This document shows positions 52,553 through 64,000 of a DNA stretch of 64,000 nt, piece after piece. Below the pieces are notes generated by a model. The model saw only the letters and a program-made list of their open reading frames with translations, did not search any database and was not told where the DNA came from. Position 1 is the first letter of the stretch; the number at the start of each line of letters is the position of its first letter. Origin of the DNA: Cladosporium halotolerans (taxonomy: Eukaryota); assembly GCF_011745625.1 (NCBI RefSeq), contig NW_027191487.1:62001-126000 (forward strand), read 5' to 3'. Position numbers and translations under genes: made by a program.

Positions 52553-55175
52553 TCAGCACATCCCCGCCGGACACCCAACAGTAGAACCATACGGGTCCGG
52601 CCCAGCAATGCCCGCAATCTGGAAAACGGCATTGATGACACCGCCAATACCCTCGCCGGCAATGAGCCCAGCGGCAACAGCGTAGCCTGCAAAAAGCCAA
52701 CGTCAGCAAGAACGACCTCGCAGTGCATCCCTCAACGGGGGACAAAGAAAACTCACCGTAAACGTCAAAACTCTTCGGGCTCCTCTTCGCCCAGAAGTAA
52801 GCCGGGATCGCACCGATGCACATCGCGGTGCCATAGTACGTCTGGATGAGCGTGAAAGCCAAGCCGATACACATGAAGTTCGGGTGGAACTTCCTGTACT
52901 TCGCCCAGGAGCCATTGTACCCATACTGCCTGAAGACCGTCATGGCGCCGCCGAAGAGGGCAAAAACGACGCTGAAGATGCCGCTCGAGGTCGGGACGGG
53001 GAAGACGGGTCCGTGACGGCGACGGCGACGGCGCGCCAGGCGGCGACGGAGGGGGCGCTGAAGGCGCAGGTTTCGGCCTCGGCGTCGAGGATGCAGGGGT
53101 AGGCTTTGGCGAAGAGGATGAAGAGGGCGGGCGCGAGGAAGCAGGCGATGATGGTGCCGAGGCCCTGGGCGAGCCACTGCTGGTCGGGAGGCGTGCGGAG
53201 GAGGAAGCCGACGCGGAAGTCGCCGACGAGGTCGGAGGCCTGGTTGGCGCCCATGTTGGCTATGGAGCCGCCGAGGAGGTTGAGGCGTTGCGCGTGGACG
53301 GTCGGCCAGTGTTCGCCTTTGGTGGCGCCGCCGAGAACGACTTGGGAGGCTTTGGAGGCGGCGGTGAGGGGCGTGACGTCCGTTACGCCGCAGCATTGGA
53401 TGGCGAGGAAGGAGAAGATGAAGGCTAGGAGGACGGAGAGGAGACTCATGCCGATGGGCATGTCGTACTGTACGCCCATGACTACACAGATGCAGATGAT
53501 GACGAGGACGAGCATAGGTGCCCACATCCAGGCCTTGACCATCTCCTCTGGTTTAGCGGGATCCTCAACGAGATCGTCTTCCTTCTGGTGAGCGCGCTTC
53601 TCGAGGTAGGGGTGGGCAACGCCGTTCTTCTTGCGGTAGATATCGTTCAGCTTGCTGCAGCATGCACGGTAAATTGCTTTGCAGATGAACCAGAAGACCT
53701 GCAATCGAGTTCAGTACTGTCTTTGAGGCTCAGAAGACTCTCCACTTACCTTGTACTGCAAGAAGAGCTCAGTGAAAGACACTACAATCATGAGCAAAAC
53801 ACCTGGCCAGAGCATCCAGAATCGAGGACTGGGCGTCACTTTGTTCGAAGCTGCCGCACCCAGAGAACCGAAGTTCATGTAATCGCTCCAGTCGGGGTCG
53901 TCAGGGACGACAGCCGTTCCGAATGCCATCTTGTTGTGCACAAGAGCAGGGCCAATGATAGCCCACGCAAGCACGGAGCCACCAAAGAAGGACAGGGCAG
54001 TATTCAGTCCCACTAGCATGCCGACGCCAATGAACGCAGGCGTCCACTCCACCATCCAGCCCCAGTTCTCAATGTGGATGGCCATGTTGTTGTGGTGGCC
54101 CCAGGAGTAGAACCAAGAAAAGAAATGCCAGTCCCACAAGATGCCAGGGGCATACTGCGAAACGACGCGCTGTACCAATGCTCCGACGAAAGAGATGGAC
54201 AGGGCCTTCATTTTCTGTTTCGCAATAGCTGCTCCAGTAGCTGCGGCGTGCATAGAACGGATGGTCATGGCAGTGGCCGAAGGTGTTGGGAACACGAGGT
54301 TGAGCTCCCTAGAGACGTAGATAATGAAGAACTTGCGCAGAGGAGTGGAAAACGCAAAGCCGAAGTAGCCACCGACAATTGTCAGGCAGATCAATCGGGC
54401 GAAGTCCTTCTGCGGATCATCACTCATAAGGTTGAGAGTGTACAAGGCTGGGATACCGGAAATGAAGACATTGCTTAGACCACCGGCTGCAGTCGCAGCA
54501 GTCTGGACGATGTTGTTCTCGCGAGGGCCTACATCGAGTCAGCAGTCGTCGATGGTGGAAGCGGGCTCATACTCACCAAAGCTTCCGCCGAAGATAGGGA
54601 AGTTTTCAGGAAGAGCCTTTGCCAAAGACTTGAGCACTGCGAAACCAATAATGGCACCAAAGAGCGAAGCTCCGAAAGTCCAACCGGTCTTGAGACCGAG
54701 ATAGATATTGGAAGATCCGACAAGACAGCCACAGATACTGCCTATGAGCATAGCTCGAATGGTGATCACTCGCTTTCGCTCCTCTGGAAGATCGTCGAAA
54801 GGTACGAATGGGTCATTGTGGCTTTCGTCCATCTCGTCCGGATCGCTGAACTCTCCAACTTCAGCAACCGGGCCTTTTTTCTGACCATCTTGCTGATCCA
54901 GAGAGGAATCAGAATGTCTGTCAACTTCGGTTGGCTTGCCGTGAAGGAAGACATTGTCCTTTTCGGTGAGAGGTGGAACATCAGGGTTGATGTTACCCTG
55001 GCAAGTTGGTCAGTGTTCATTACTCTTCTTCCTACCCTTGCCATCTCAAAGGCCATCTTTCCTCAAAGCCTCGGTCAACTGAATGAACGAAAAGACATCT
55101 AGATTGTGCAACGTGAGAAAGATTACGTACCATCAGATCGACCGGACGATCAATGACCTCCGTAACCTGGGCCAT
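52553..55175 (-). CDS. OPT-superfamily (YSL-clade) oligopeptide/metal-chelate transporter; exons 55175-55131, 54997-54577, 54528-53750, 53698-52757, 52686-52553; one -1 frameshift at ~53008
   Basis: TIRAMLIG, NIYLGLKTGWTFGASLFG, GPRENNIVQTAATA, PLRKFFI...LVFPTPSATA, GVTDVTP, DFRVGFLLRTPP..QWLAQ, APSVAAWRAVA, AAGLIAGEGIGG; four canonical introns. Confidence 0.88.
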
Positions 55176-57029
55176 CGTGACCAGACAGGGCAATGAAAAT
55201 GATACTCAAAAGAATGAAGAGCGCCGAGCAAAGTCGCTGGGGTCAAGCCCATACTTAAGCATTGCTGCCCCTCTTCACAAGCCTGATCACCACCCTACCT
55301 TTACCGCTATCAACGCCTTGTTATCGGCTCACGAATTGCTTTATCCTGCAATGTGGTGGCAAACGGTCTTGTCTGCAGGAGTGCGGCGGGCTATCTGTAT
55401 AATGGTAGGAGTGCCTGCCTATTATGGGTAAGCGTGTTGCAGGCCTGGTGTAGATCCACTCCGCACTGTCTGGTACGCATTGTGGTATCTAAGCCGATTG
55501 ATCATTTCTCAAAGACCCTCCATACCATATCTGAGCAGCATTCGTACACATTTGAGAGTTGTTACGGAGGGAATTTTGCATCGTGGAACTGTTTCAGTGC
55601 CCCTGCCATCGTGGAAGTGACAACGCGCGGACCAGTGGGTGCTTCGCGAAGCGCTTGCCGAGCGACGATAGCAATATCACAGGGCGACAGTCCAAATCAT
55701 CCGTAGCGCCGCACCATGCAGTCTCGACTTTGAAGCTCGCTTCGCGATTTCGAACGCCACATTCGCCAAACCAGGCCGATGGCAAAATCGTCAGGCCGAG
55801 AAAAGCGCCCCGCGCGGCATTGCTGGCAGTCATCCACGGCGATCATCGTAGCATGACAGTGCTCGCGTGAAGCCCTGAAGAGAGGGGTAATTCCCTTTGC
55901 TCAGCCCAGCAGGGCGAACAGTTGCGGGGACACAGAGACACTATCATCCTTCGTGTCGCACACGGGGCCCTGGCGTTTATGCGGACGGGCGGCGTTGGAG
56001 GATGTCAAGCCGAAAACGGAAGGTCCGGTATCCTGGCGATGGCGGCCTTCTGGCGGCTTGCTTGGGTGATAGCGGTCCCCTTGGTCCTCGTGGTCCTGAT
56101 CTCGGCAGAAGTGGGTCTGAGATTGCGAGGGGGCGGTGGAAACTCCTATCACTTGTCTGAAAGTTTGTGGCATTTAACAGCTTGCCATGCCCTCTCCGGA
56201 TAATACCACGGTCACCTGGTCTAAAGTTAATGGTATCACCTGGAACTCGCATTTAGAGGACGGGGAGGTTTCTGAAACTTAAGCAACATCATCCCTTGGA
56301 ACACTAGCCTCGTTACCGTACTATCATCCGTCCCGAAAAGTTCAAAGACAATTTTCCATTGGAAAGCCTAGTACTTGAGGAGCCACAAATTTCCAGACAA
56401 GTGGTGCGCCGTGTGAAGTCTTTGCCGGGCTAGAGCGTCCTTAGCCGATCCTCTCTGCTTTCGGGAGTGATTGCCAGCGGGTCTCAGCTTTCCACCCGTT
56501 ATCATGTGTCGCAAGTATCGGTCTTTTTGTCAGAGGAGATGTCGCAAAATAAATTGGCTTGTAGAAAGAGAAGGAAAGAGAAGGTGATGTTGTCTTGAAA
56601 TAGAGTGCTTACACAGGATTCAAGGCACGGCGATCCCCCGGAGCCGAAGGCAGCAGCTTTGGAACGACAAGGATCTCAGGTTGGCACCTCAAACTTGGAC
56701 ATTGTACTGTGCATCCTGCGAAATTGCTATTATTGGACTTCGGTTTTCCGGTAACTCGAGGTGAACAGACACCAGGACGACTACCGTGTCGGTATTTGCT
56801 CCCGGCACTGACGATTGTTGCGATGAGGATCGTCCCCTGGCACGTTCATGCACAATCACCCATCGCGTATCCGAGATTTAAGAGAAAAGGAGCGCTCCGG
56901 ATGAAAAGTCGATTCGAAATGTTTAGAAGTGAGGGAGATTACCTTATGACCTTGACATGGATTTTTAAGAGTGGAGAATATGATCTGGATACGCGGTGGA
57001 ATGCTGAGCCCAACCCGAGATAAACTCCC

Positions 57030-59680
57030 TCACGTGACTGGATTGACATCGTAAACTTCGAACATCCGACCTCTGAGGCGCCCACGACCTCCCAAAGCCA
57101 GCTGTCCGTTTCTGCCCTCTCTTTCGGTACCATCACCGATCCACCCAGGTAGCCTGTCTAAAACTTTGATCTTCCCGATTTGATCTGTCGGCCGAAACTG
57201 AATATCGTCGGAGGATATCGAAGCACCAATCCTGAGCATGGCAAAAGAATCGAGTTGATCGGTCCATCGCGGGTAGACAGCGGTGTAGGTGGCGAGGCCA
57301 AGAAGGACGGCAAGGAACAACACCATCAGAACAGATATTAGAATTACGCCAGTAGATGAGATCACCGGCACCACAGCATCGGCGCCATAATCGTAGGACA
57401 CCCTCCATGAACCTTCGCGCGACACAGAAGTGAGCCAGGCTTCGTTGGCCAGGAAAGCCGCGGAGGTGAACGCGTTCGTGATGCGCTCGCCCTCGTAGCC
57501 GCCATAGATGTCCCGGTAGAACAGCTTGACGAACGCAATGATCTGCCGCTGTAGCTGGTCGTGGTTATGAACGTCTCGTGTCATGCAACCGCCGTGGAGG
57601 ACGCCGCCACTTGGGCCAATATCTCTGTCTGTTGTGAGCAGATCGATGAATGGTGCTTTGCCAACGCACGCATAAGGATTCGGCTGTGCTTTGTACTCTT
57701 CCCACGTAAGATTCGGGTAGAGATACGCTTCTGGGCGCGTCCTCCGTTCTTCAATGAAAGATCCTGCACCAAAGAGAGCCAACGCAGTCGTGAGTAGGGG
57801 ACCTCGGTTGGGACTGGTACCGAGTGCTAAGGTCTCGTTTGTGATGAAAGCGACTTCTTCGTTTTCACCTCTGCGAAACCGGTCCTGTGTCAGGTCTCGG
57901 AAACTACGAGTGTTCCAACAATCAGCCGTGTTCTATGGCTATCTCTGCACGCGATCAACCTACGGACGTCTAGAGCTCTGCGTGCTGCAATTGGTTCCTA
58001 TGGTCCCACAACTCTCTGTCGGATCCAAATCCAATAACGGACCCGGCTGTTGGCCATTCATGTAATTCGGGAGCTAAAAGTAACCGGCTGTAGTACTCAC
58101 TGTTATCCTGAAATATTTACCGAGATCTTCGGGTGATTCGTCTCGATACTCGGGATGTGTTGCTAAGCTGCTCAGGTTGAGATAGAGGCTTTCAGAGAAG
58201 TCCTGACGATCCCTGGTCAAGCGCCATGGCGGTCGTGTCGAATCTGCTGGCATACAGGCTATGAAAGTCCAGTTGTCCCACAGAGTCGTGATCCAGATAT
58301 TTGGATTTATAGCTCCATATTTCACGTAGAACGCTCCCGGTTGGTTTTCACAGCCAGACGGAAATTCTGATTCAGTGATTACATTTCTTTGTGCCGTTGA
58401 GTTGATCCGGAGCAAGTACTGACAGATTAGGCCTGTGCCGTAGTCAGAAGGCAATTGGGCTAGGAACGGGTCCGGTAGTAGCGACATGTTCCCCAATGTC
58501 TTGCCTGGGAATCTCAGCGTGCAAGCTTTTGGTCGGTCTTCAATATGACGGAAAGGAAGAATCTGTGAGCTGCAATTGATCGACTGCCCCGATCACAGGC
58601 GACCCTGCGTGGCAACATTATTGGTTGCTGTGAGAGCAATTCGCGTTCTCAGAACGATCTCTTGACTATTTGTATTAGTTTTCTGCGTCGGCTCCGTAAA
58701 ATCAAGAATGTCGGCAAGGTCAGAAACATCATCCACAGAGGTGGGTCTTTTGACAATCGTGGTTGATAGATAAAATGATTGTAGTGGCGCAATGATACCG
58801 CCTACTCTGGTCAGCCTGTAACTTACGAAGTCAGTGATGTCAGCCTAGTAGCAACTTACCAAGTATGTTAAGGAATATGGCAAGAACAAGGAACTTTGTC
58901 GCATACTGCTTGAAGCCACCCGAAAGTAGTCGGAAGTAGACGGTTGGGTCAGTCCATCCTCGGTCGGCCAAAGTCATAGTTTGTCGCAGAGACATAGTTT
59001 GACGTCTCCTTCGCTGTGTGACCACCACGGCCGCTTTTGAGCAGATTGTCGAGATCAGCGGGATTGTCACGAGGGTAGTTGCTGATCGCACCGATTGCGC
59101 TGCTTGTAGATATCGATCGCTTCTGGTGAAGATTGAGTAAATAGAGCGCGAGCCGCCGTTGTAACTGCCGTTGTCGTCGAAACTGGCTCCTGCAGATACT
59201 GTGAGTAGAATGATGCTTCACGAAACGCAAACAGCGCCACTGACCGTAATGATTCATGCTGCTCATGATCGGCCGGTGTGCGATGATGCATAGCACAACC
59301 CAAGCAAAGACCATAAGCGTGGCATAGAGCGCAACTAACACGAGACTATACACCGAATGATCAAGTCGTGTTCTCTGTAGTGGCGGTCTGTCCATCTTTC
59401 TATCGCAGTCAATTTCTACGGAGTCGCTGGCAACCACTGGCACGATCTCGTGATTTTCGACGACATCATGCACTCGGGGAAGCTCCATCTCGTTTGAGAA
59501 TATCAAGGCCTCATTCTGCTGAATAGAATTTCTTGGTGTTTTGTGAGTGACACTGTCGCAATCGTCATCCACCGCGAATGCAGCCGCTCCTGATGAGTTG
59601 GAATTGCGGCGTTCATCATTACTTCTTCCAGAGTCATAGTTGCCCTGAAGCTCTCGTGGAATGAGATGGTTATTTTCCAT
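57030..59680 (-). pseudogene. Multi-pass fungal membrane protein of unknown function (~825 codons) with two in-frame nonsense codons; introns 59244-59190, 58859-58802, 57963-57904
   Basis: After removing three GT-AG introns the frame is continuous (YATLMVFAWVVLCI; LRQTMTLADRGWTDP; DPFLAQLP; TRDRQDFSESLYLN; GPLLTTALALFGAGSF; AFTSAAFLANEAW; WTDQLDSFAMLRIGA) except TGA 58595-58593 (QGRL*SG) and TAG 58076-58074 (GYF*LPNY). Confidence 0.75.
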
Positions 59681-60507
59681 AGTTGTAGACCGAAGAAACG
59701 TGATAAAAAAAGGGCGGCCACAAACCAGTCGAGCGGAACCGCCAGCTATGTATCAACACGGCACAGTTGGAGCGCCTTGACCGCAAGGAACGTGTGGCGC
59801 AGTGCATATCCTACAGCCATTTAGGCATATATGCACATGTCCTACTTTCGCGCAGCCAGTCGGTGGATCCCCTGCTTCGCTTCAAGATACGGATCAGTCA
59901 TTGGTTGATTTGTCGAGGGGCTGAGGCACCCGCATCTCCGGTGAAGAGATCCTTCTTCAGCCGCAGCCCTAGGCGTCTCGAGGTCATGAAAAAGTGGCAT
60001 TGTGACGATTCCCACGACTATTGCGCAGTCACACATATTGCTCTTTACTACCACTGCCGATGTCAAACCCGTGGTTCGGGCAGTGCGCGGATGTGACAGG
60101 CTATGTCTTGTCGCATGGCGCCTGTTCAACGGCATGAGTCTTGGCATCGTATAGTAATGAGGGGTTGCAGCATCGACTGATTGGAAGGATACTGCATAGT
60201 TTTGTGGTTGTATTTTGGAGAAGGTCTGTTTCTCAACAATGAGTGAGGTCGGGAGTTGAAAACGGGACCCAAGCATCCTCGGCAAACACCACGGTGAGAC
60301 CAGGAGTGGGGAAGCCGATCTGCGACCACGATCTCCAATCGCCTCTTCGAAGGGTCAGCAGTGTAATTCCCTAACCTCAATATTTTTCTGGGATACGACA
60401 TCGTCTTTTTAGAGGCTTTCAACGTTTCTTACAAAGAGCAGTTGTTTGCATAATTTTGCTTGTCCGTGATACTCGACAGCAGACTGAACTAGACGACGCC
60501 AGCCAAC

Positions 60508-62094
60508 ATGTCTTCTGAACTCAAGATCTCGGTCTCCGAGCTAGACAAGCACGCCACGCCAGATGATTGCTGGGTCATAGTCAACGGGAAGGTGTACGAT
60601 CTCACACGGTTCGCGCCTGAACATCCAGGTGGACCTGACAGTAGGATATCTCACTGCGACGACACCCATCCAAGAAGCTCACTAACCCTTTTCAAGTGAT
60701 CTATAAGTATGCTGGCAAAGACGGCAGCAAGACCTACAATGAATTCCACGCCGCCAGCCTGATCGAGAAAGAACTCGAGCCCTCAGAGAAGAAAGGCGAG
60801 TTCGACACCAGCACCATTACCGACACATGGCTGGAGGCACAGAAAGAAGAGACCATTTCCGAACCAGACCCCAACGAGAAGCCACCACTCTCGGCCATCA
60901 TCAACTTGGATGATTTTGAGAAAGCATTCGCGAAATCTGGCAGTCAGAAAGCTAACGCCTACGTCTCCGGTGCTTCGAATGACTTGCTGACCCTCAATGC
61001 CAACAAGACGTTCTGGCAGCGCTTATGGTTTCGCCCTCGAGTCATGCGCAATGTCAGTTCCGTCAACACGAACATGCGCATGCTCGGCGTCGATGTCAGT
61101 ATGCCTGTGTGGATCTGCCCTATGGGTATCGCGAAGACAGCGGGCCCGGAGGGTGAAGGGGCTCTGGGTCGTGGCGCGAAGAAGGCTGGAATCGTGCATT
61201 GCGTCTCCACGACTGCATCGATGGGCGTTGAGGAGATCCTGGAGTCTGGCGAGGGCAACCCCTTCTTTTTCCAGCTTTACGTTGACAAGCAGCGACATAA
61301 GACGGAGGCTGTGCTGAAGCAGCTCGAAGGTCTTCCTCAGGTGAAAGCTCTGTTTGTGACAGCGGACCTCGCTGTTGTTTCGAAGAGAGAAGCAGATGAG
61401 AGAATCAAAACGCAGGTCCAGGTCAGTGTTTACCAGAACGGACAGAAGTCAGCGGTGGACAAGAAGGGTGGTGGCTTGGCGAGAAGCACGGGCTCTTTCA
61501 TCGACTGGGCATTATCATGGGACGACATCCCATGGTTGAGGAAGCACACGAAGTTGCCAATCCTTGTCAAGGGTATCCAGTCGGCAGCGGACGCAAAGAC
61601 AGCGCTGGAGCTTGGCTGTGATGGTATTGTGGTATCTAACCACGGTGGACGAGCATTGGATAGTGCTCCAGCTACCATACTCACACTTCTGGAGATTAGG
61701 AGGGATTGCCCGGAAGTCTTCGACAGAATGGAAGTCTTGGTTGATGGGGGCGTCCGGAGAGGGTCGGATGTACTCAAAGCAGTCCTTCTGGGTGCGAAGG
61801 GCATTGGCGTCGGCCGGCCATTCCAATGCTCTGTCCTGTACGATACGGAGGGTGTGGAGCATTGTGCCGACAGTAAGTTTGACTTCGTGACATGCAGAGA
61901 TTCACATACTCACCTTTTATCTAGTCATTCGAGACGAATTGGAGACCGCAATGAGACTGTGCGGCATCACAGATCTCAACGCAGTACGTGGAGACATGTC
62001 GTGGCTGAACACAGCCGAGCTGGAGCAGTATCTTCCGCCTACATCAATTGTCAAGGGAGGTTTTCTGAGCGGATTGTTCAAGCCAAAGTTGTAG
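60508..62094 (+). CDS. Flavocytochrome b2-like FMN-dependent alpha-hydroxy acid dehydrogenase with N-terminal cytochrome b5 domain; introns 60641-60696, 61873-61924
   Basis: DCWVIVNGKVYDLT.FAPEHPGG...YAGKDG...EFH (both haem His); FRPRVMR, FFQLY, ILVKGI, VSNHGGR, DGGVRRGSD, VGRP; spliced C-terminus ...FKPKL*. Confidence 0.93.
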
Positions 62095-62392
62095 CGTTGA
62101 TATTAGCCATACAGAGATGACTCTGTATAAAATAGCCAGGTGTGGTTTGCGGGCCGAACATCGGTCACAATATGCCGTTAGAAGTCGTCTTGTTGGATTT
62201 TTACAAGCTCGATTTCAATTGCGTGCAATTAATAACATACTCCGTGGAAGGGGTGGGTGGAAGAGATGAATTCTGGAAAGCATGTGAAAATGTCCACACT
62301 CCGCTTCCCCAGACGCCAGGCAACGCCAGCACCCCACCTTCACAGCTCGCGCGCGCATCACCCTCAAACATCATGCGCCTCGACCACGCCCA

Positions 62393-63907
62393 ATGCCTCC
62401 CTTCGAGCCATCGTCCGCCTCCCAATCCTCGCGCACAAGCTCAATTCAGTCAGAACAACCATATTCGCGCGCGCCCTCATCGCGCCATCTCAGACCCGAA
62501 GATGCCTTCCCGAACACCTCCCCGCCCTACCAGCAACAGCGTTCTCGAAGTCCCCTAGGCCGCAGCGATACTGTGACCGCTGCGACCGCACATCTCGTCA
62601 ACAACGGCAATACAACCAATGCGACGCGCAAACACAGAGATAAGCGACGGGGTCGCAGCAGTAGCCGTCGGCGGCACCGACCGTGGAAGAAGCTCCTGTG
62701 GGTAAAGCAAAGCTACCCCGACAACTACACGGACGAGGAGACATTTTTGGACCATCTGCAGCGCAATCCGCGCCTGCAGCCGTATGAGTTTTGGACGCTG
62801 GTTGCGGATAGTACGATCATCGTCCAGCATGTATGCTCCGTGATCATCTTTGTGTGCTGCTTCACGGGCATCTTCCAGGAGCGGGTCAGTCCGAATGCCG
62901 TTGTAGGATGGGCAACGTTTGGGACAGTAGCGGGCTGGGTACTGAGAGACTACTGGCACACAAGAGAGGAAGTCGAGGATGGTGGAGTCGTTGGCAGAGG
63001 CGATGGGCTGGGAGAACTTGGGGAAGAGGATGTGGACGCTGGAACGCCGGCGTCGCTGGATGCTGGATTCCCGCCAAAAGAACCACCATTGCCTGCCAAT
63101 GGACTACATTCGCGGGTACACTCAAGGAACCCGAGCCTGACGTCTGTCAGTGGGTTGCAGCAAGCTCAGTCACCGCCATTGGCTGCTAGCGCAGACTTGC
63201 ATTCTCCTCCTGTGCCGTCGCCAACATTCATACCGCCCTACAATAGCCGAAAGTCAAGTTTGTCGCCTAGGATGGCCGAACGCCTCACAACAGCCAAATC
63301 TGCGATCCTCATCTACTTCTCTCTGCTCGGACTTTCACCAATCCTCAAATCGCTCACGAAGTCAACGAGCAGTGACAGTATCTGGGCGTTGAGCAGCTGG
63401 CTGATGTGCATCAACGTCTTCACATTCGACTATGGTGCTGGGCCGGAAGCAAAGTAAGTCATTCCCACATCAAGACAGCAAGGAGTACAACGCTGACCAT
63501 CCCATCTCAGATTCCCCGCCTCCCTTTCAACAAACGCGGCGCTCATGGCCAGCACTGTGCTGGCCTCCCGATTACCCTCAACAACCCACGTCTTCAGCCT
63601 GACGCTCTTCAGCATCGAGGTCTTCGGCCTCTTTCCCGTCTTTCGTCGACATCTCAAGCACCACTCCTGGCCCCTCCATCTAGCATTGACAATCTTCCTC
63701 ATCGTGCTAGCATCTGGCGGACTAGGCATGGTGATATCCGGCGGAGGGCTAGGTTACGCTGTCTTGGGCGTTGCGCTCGGTGGTGTTGTCACGCTGTTAG
63801 GCATGGGCGCTACGAGTTGGTGGTTGATCGGATTGCAGAGATATAAGAACGAGATTCACGGGCCTTGGGATCCGGCGAGGCCGGTCATCAGGCGACATTG
63901 GGACTAG
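62393..63907 (+). CDS. GPI2: GPI-GlcNAc transferase subunit Gpi2/PIG-C; intron 63454-63510
   Basis: WKKLLWVKQSYPDNYTD, LSPILKSLTKSTSSDSIWA, spliced SLSTNAALMASTVLASRL, FGLFP, LQRYKNEIHGPWD. Confidence 0.95.
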
Positions 63908-64000
63908 AGACAATTGAACACTTCCGCGCGCGCCCAATCTCCGTTCTTTCGTTCCCATACAAAGCGCTTTCCTGCATGATCTGGCCAAGAGTGAGGACCG

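Noticed and set aside
55176..57029. Possible gene or mobile element in the 1.85-kb gap upstream of the OPT gene
   Set aside because: Only short motif-less ORFs; no terminal repeats or transposase/RT fragments seen. Most simply the transporter promoter plus the pseudogene 3' flank.
58074..58595. RIP or A-to-I stop-codon correction as the explanation for the pseudogene stops
   Set aside because: GAG>TAG is a transversion and editing would give Trp, not Glu. The TGG>TGA change is not in CpA context, and there is no TpA-rich RIP signature.
1..64000. Prokaryote-type features (CRISPR arrays, operons, IS elements), rRNA and tRNA genes
   Set aside because: The sequence is intron-containing fungal DNA; no regularly spaced repeats, cloverleaf or rRNA signatures were seen by eye. 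A tRNAscan-SE/Rfam run would be needed to exclude small RNAs.

Overview
Gene-dense eukaryotic DNA from a filamentous ascomycete (Pezizomycotina; Dothideomycetes-like is my inference). It has short GT-AG introns with CTRAY branch sites, so the ORF track splits or over-runs many genes. About 24 protein-coding loci were reconstructed by hand. Housekeeping genes: Rac GTPase, Mediator Med12, Asterix/PAT10, LIP5, molybdopterin synthase MOCS2B, AIM11, a CFIm68/CPSF6-like RRM protein, REV3, SER2, HEM3, SED5 and GPI2. Accessory genes: two fungal transcription factors, a DCG1-like racemase, a Nu/Ure2-class GST, a secreted lactonase-fold protein, an OPT/YSL transporter and a flavocytochrome b2-like enzyme. 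No rRNA, tRNA, CRISPR array or recognisable transposon was seen. Most notable: (1) a frameshift-disrupted NACHT-ankyrin NLR with a HET-s-like 21-aa amyloid signalling motif at its N-terminus and no effector partner in view; (2) two adjacent giant low-complexity ORFs that one 522-nt intron would join in frame into a ~2,690-aa isoform of a Fyv8-like gene; (3) a Dal81/TamA-like TF, DCG1 racemase and GST around a GATA-site-rich bidirectional promoter, a candidate nitrogen-scavenging module; (4) uORFs and MCB boxes upstream of REV3; (5) a membrane-protein pseudogene with two nonsense codons. All family assignments come from recalled motifs, not database searches.
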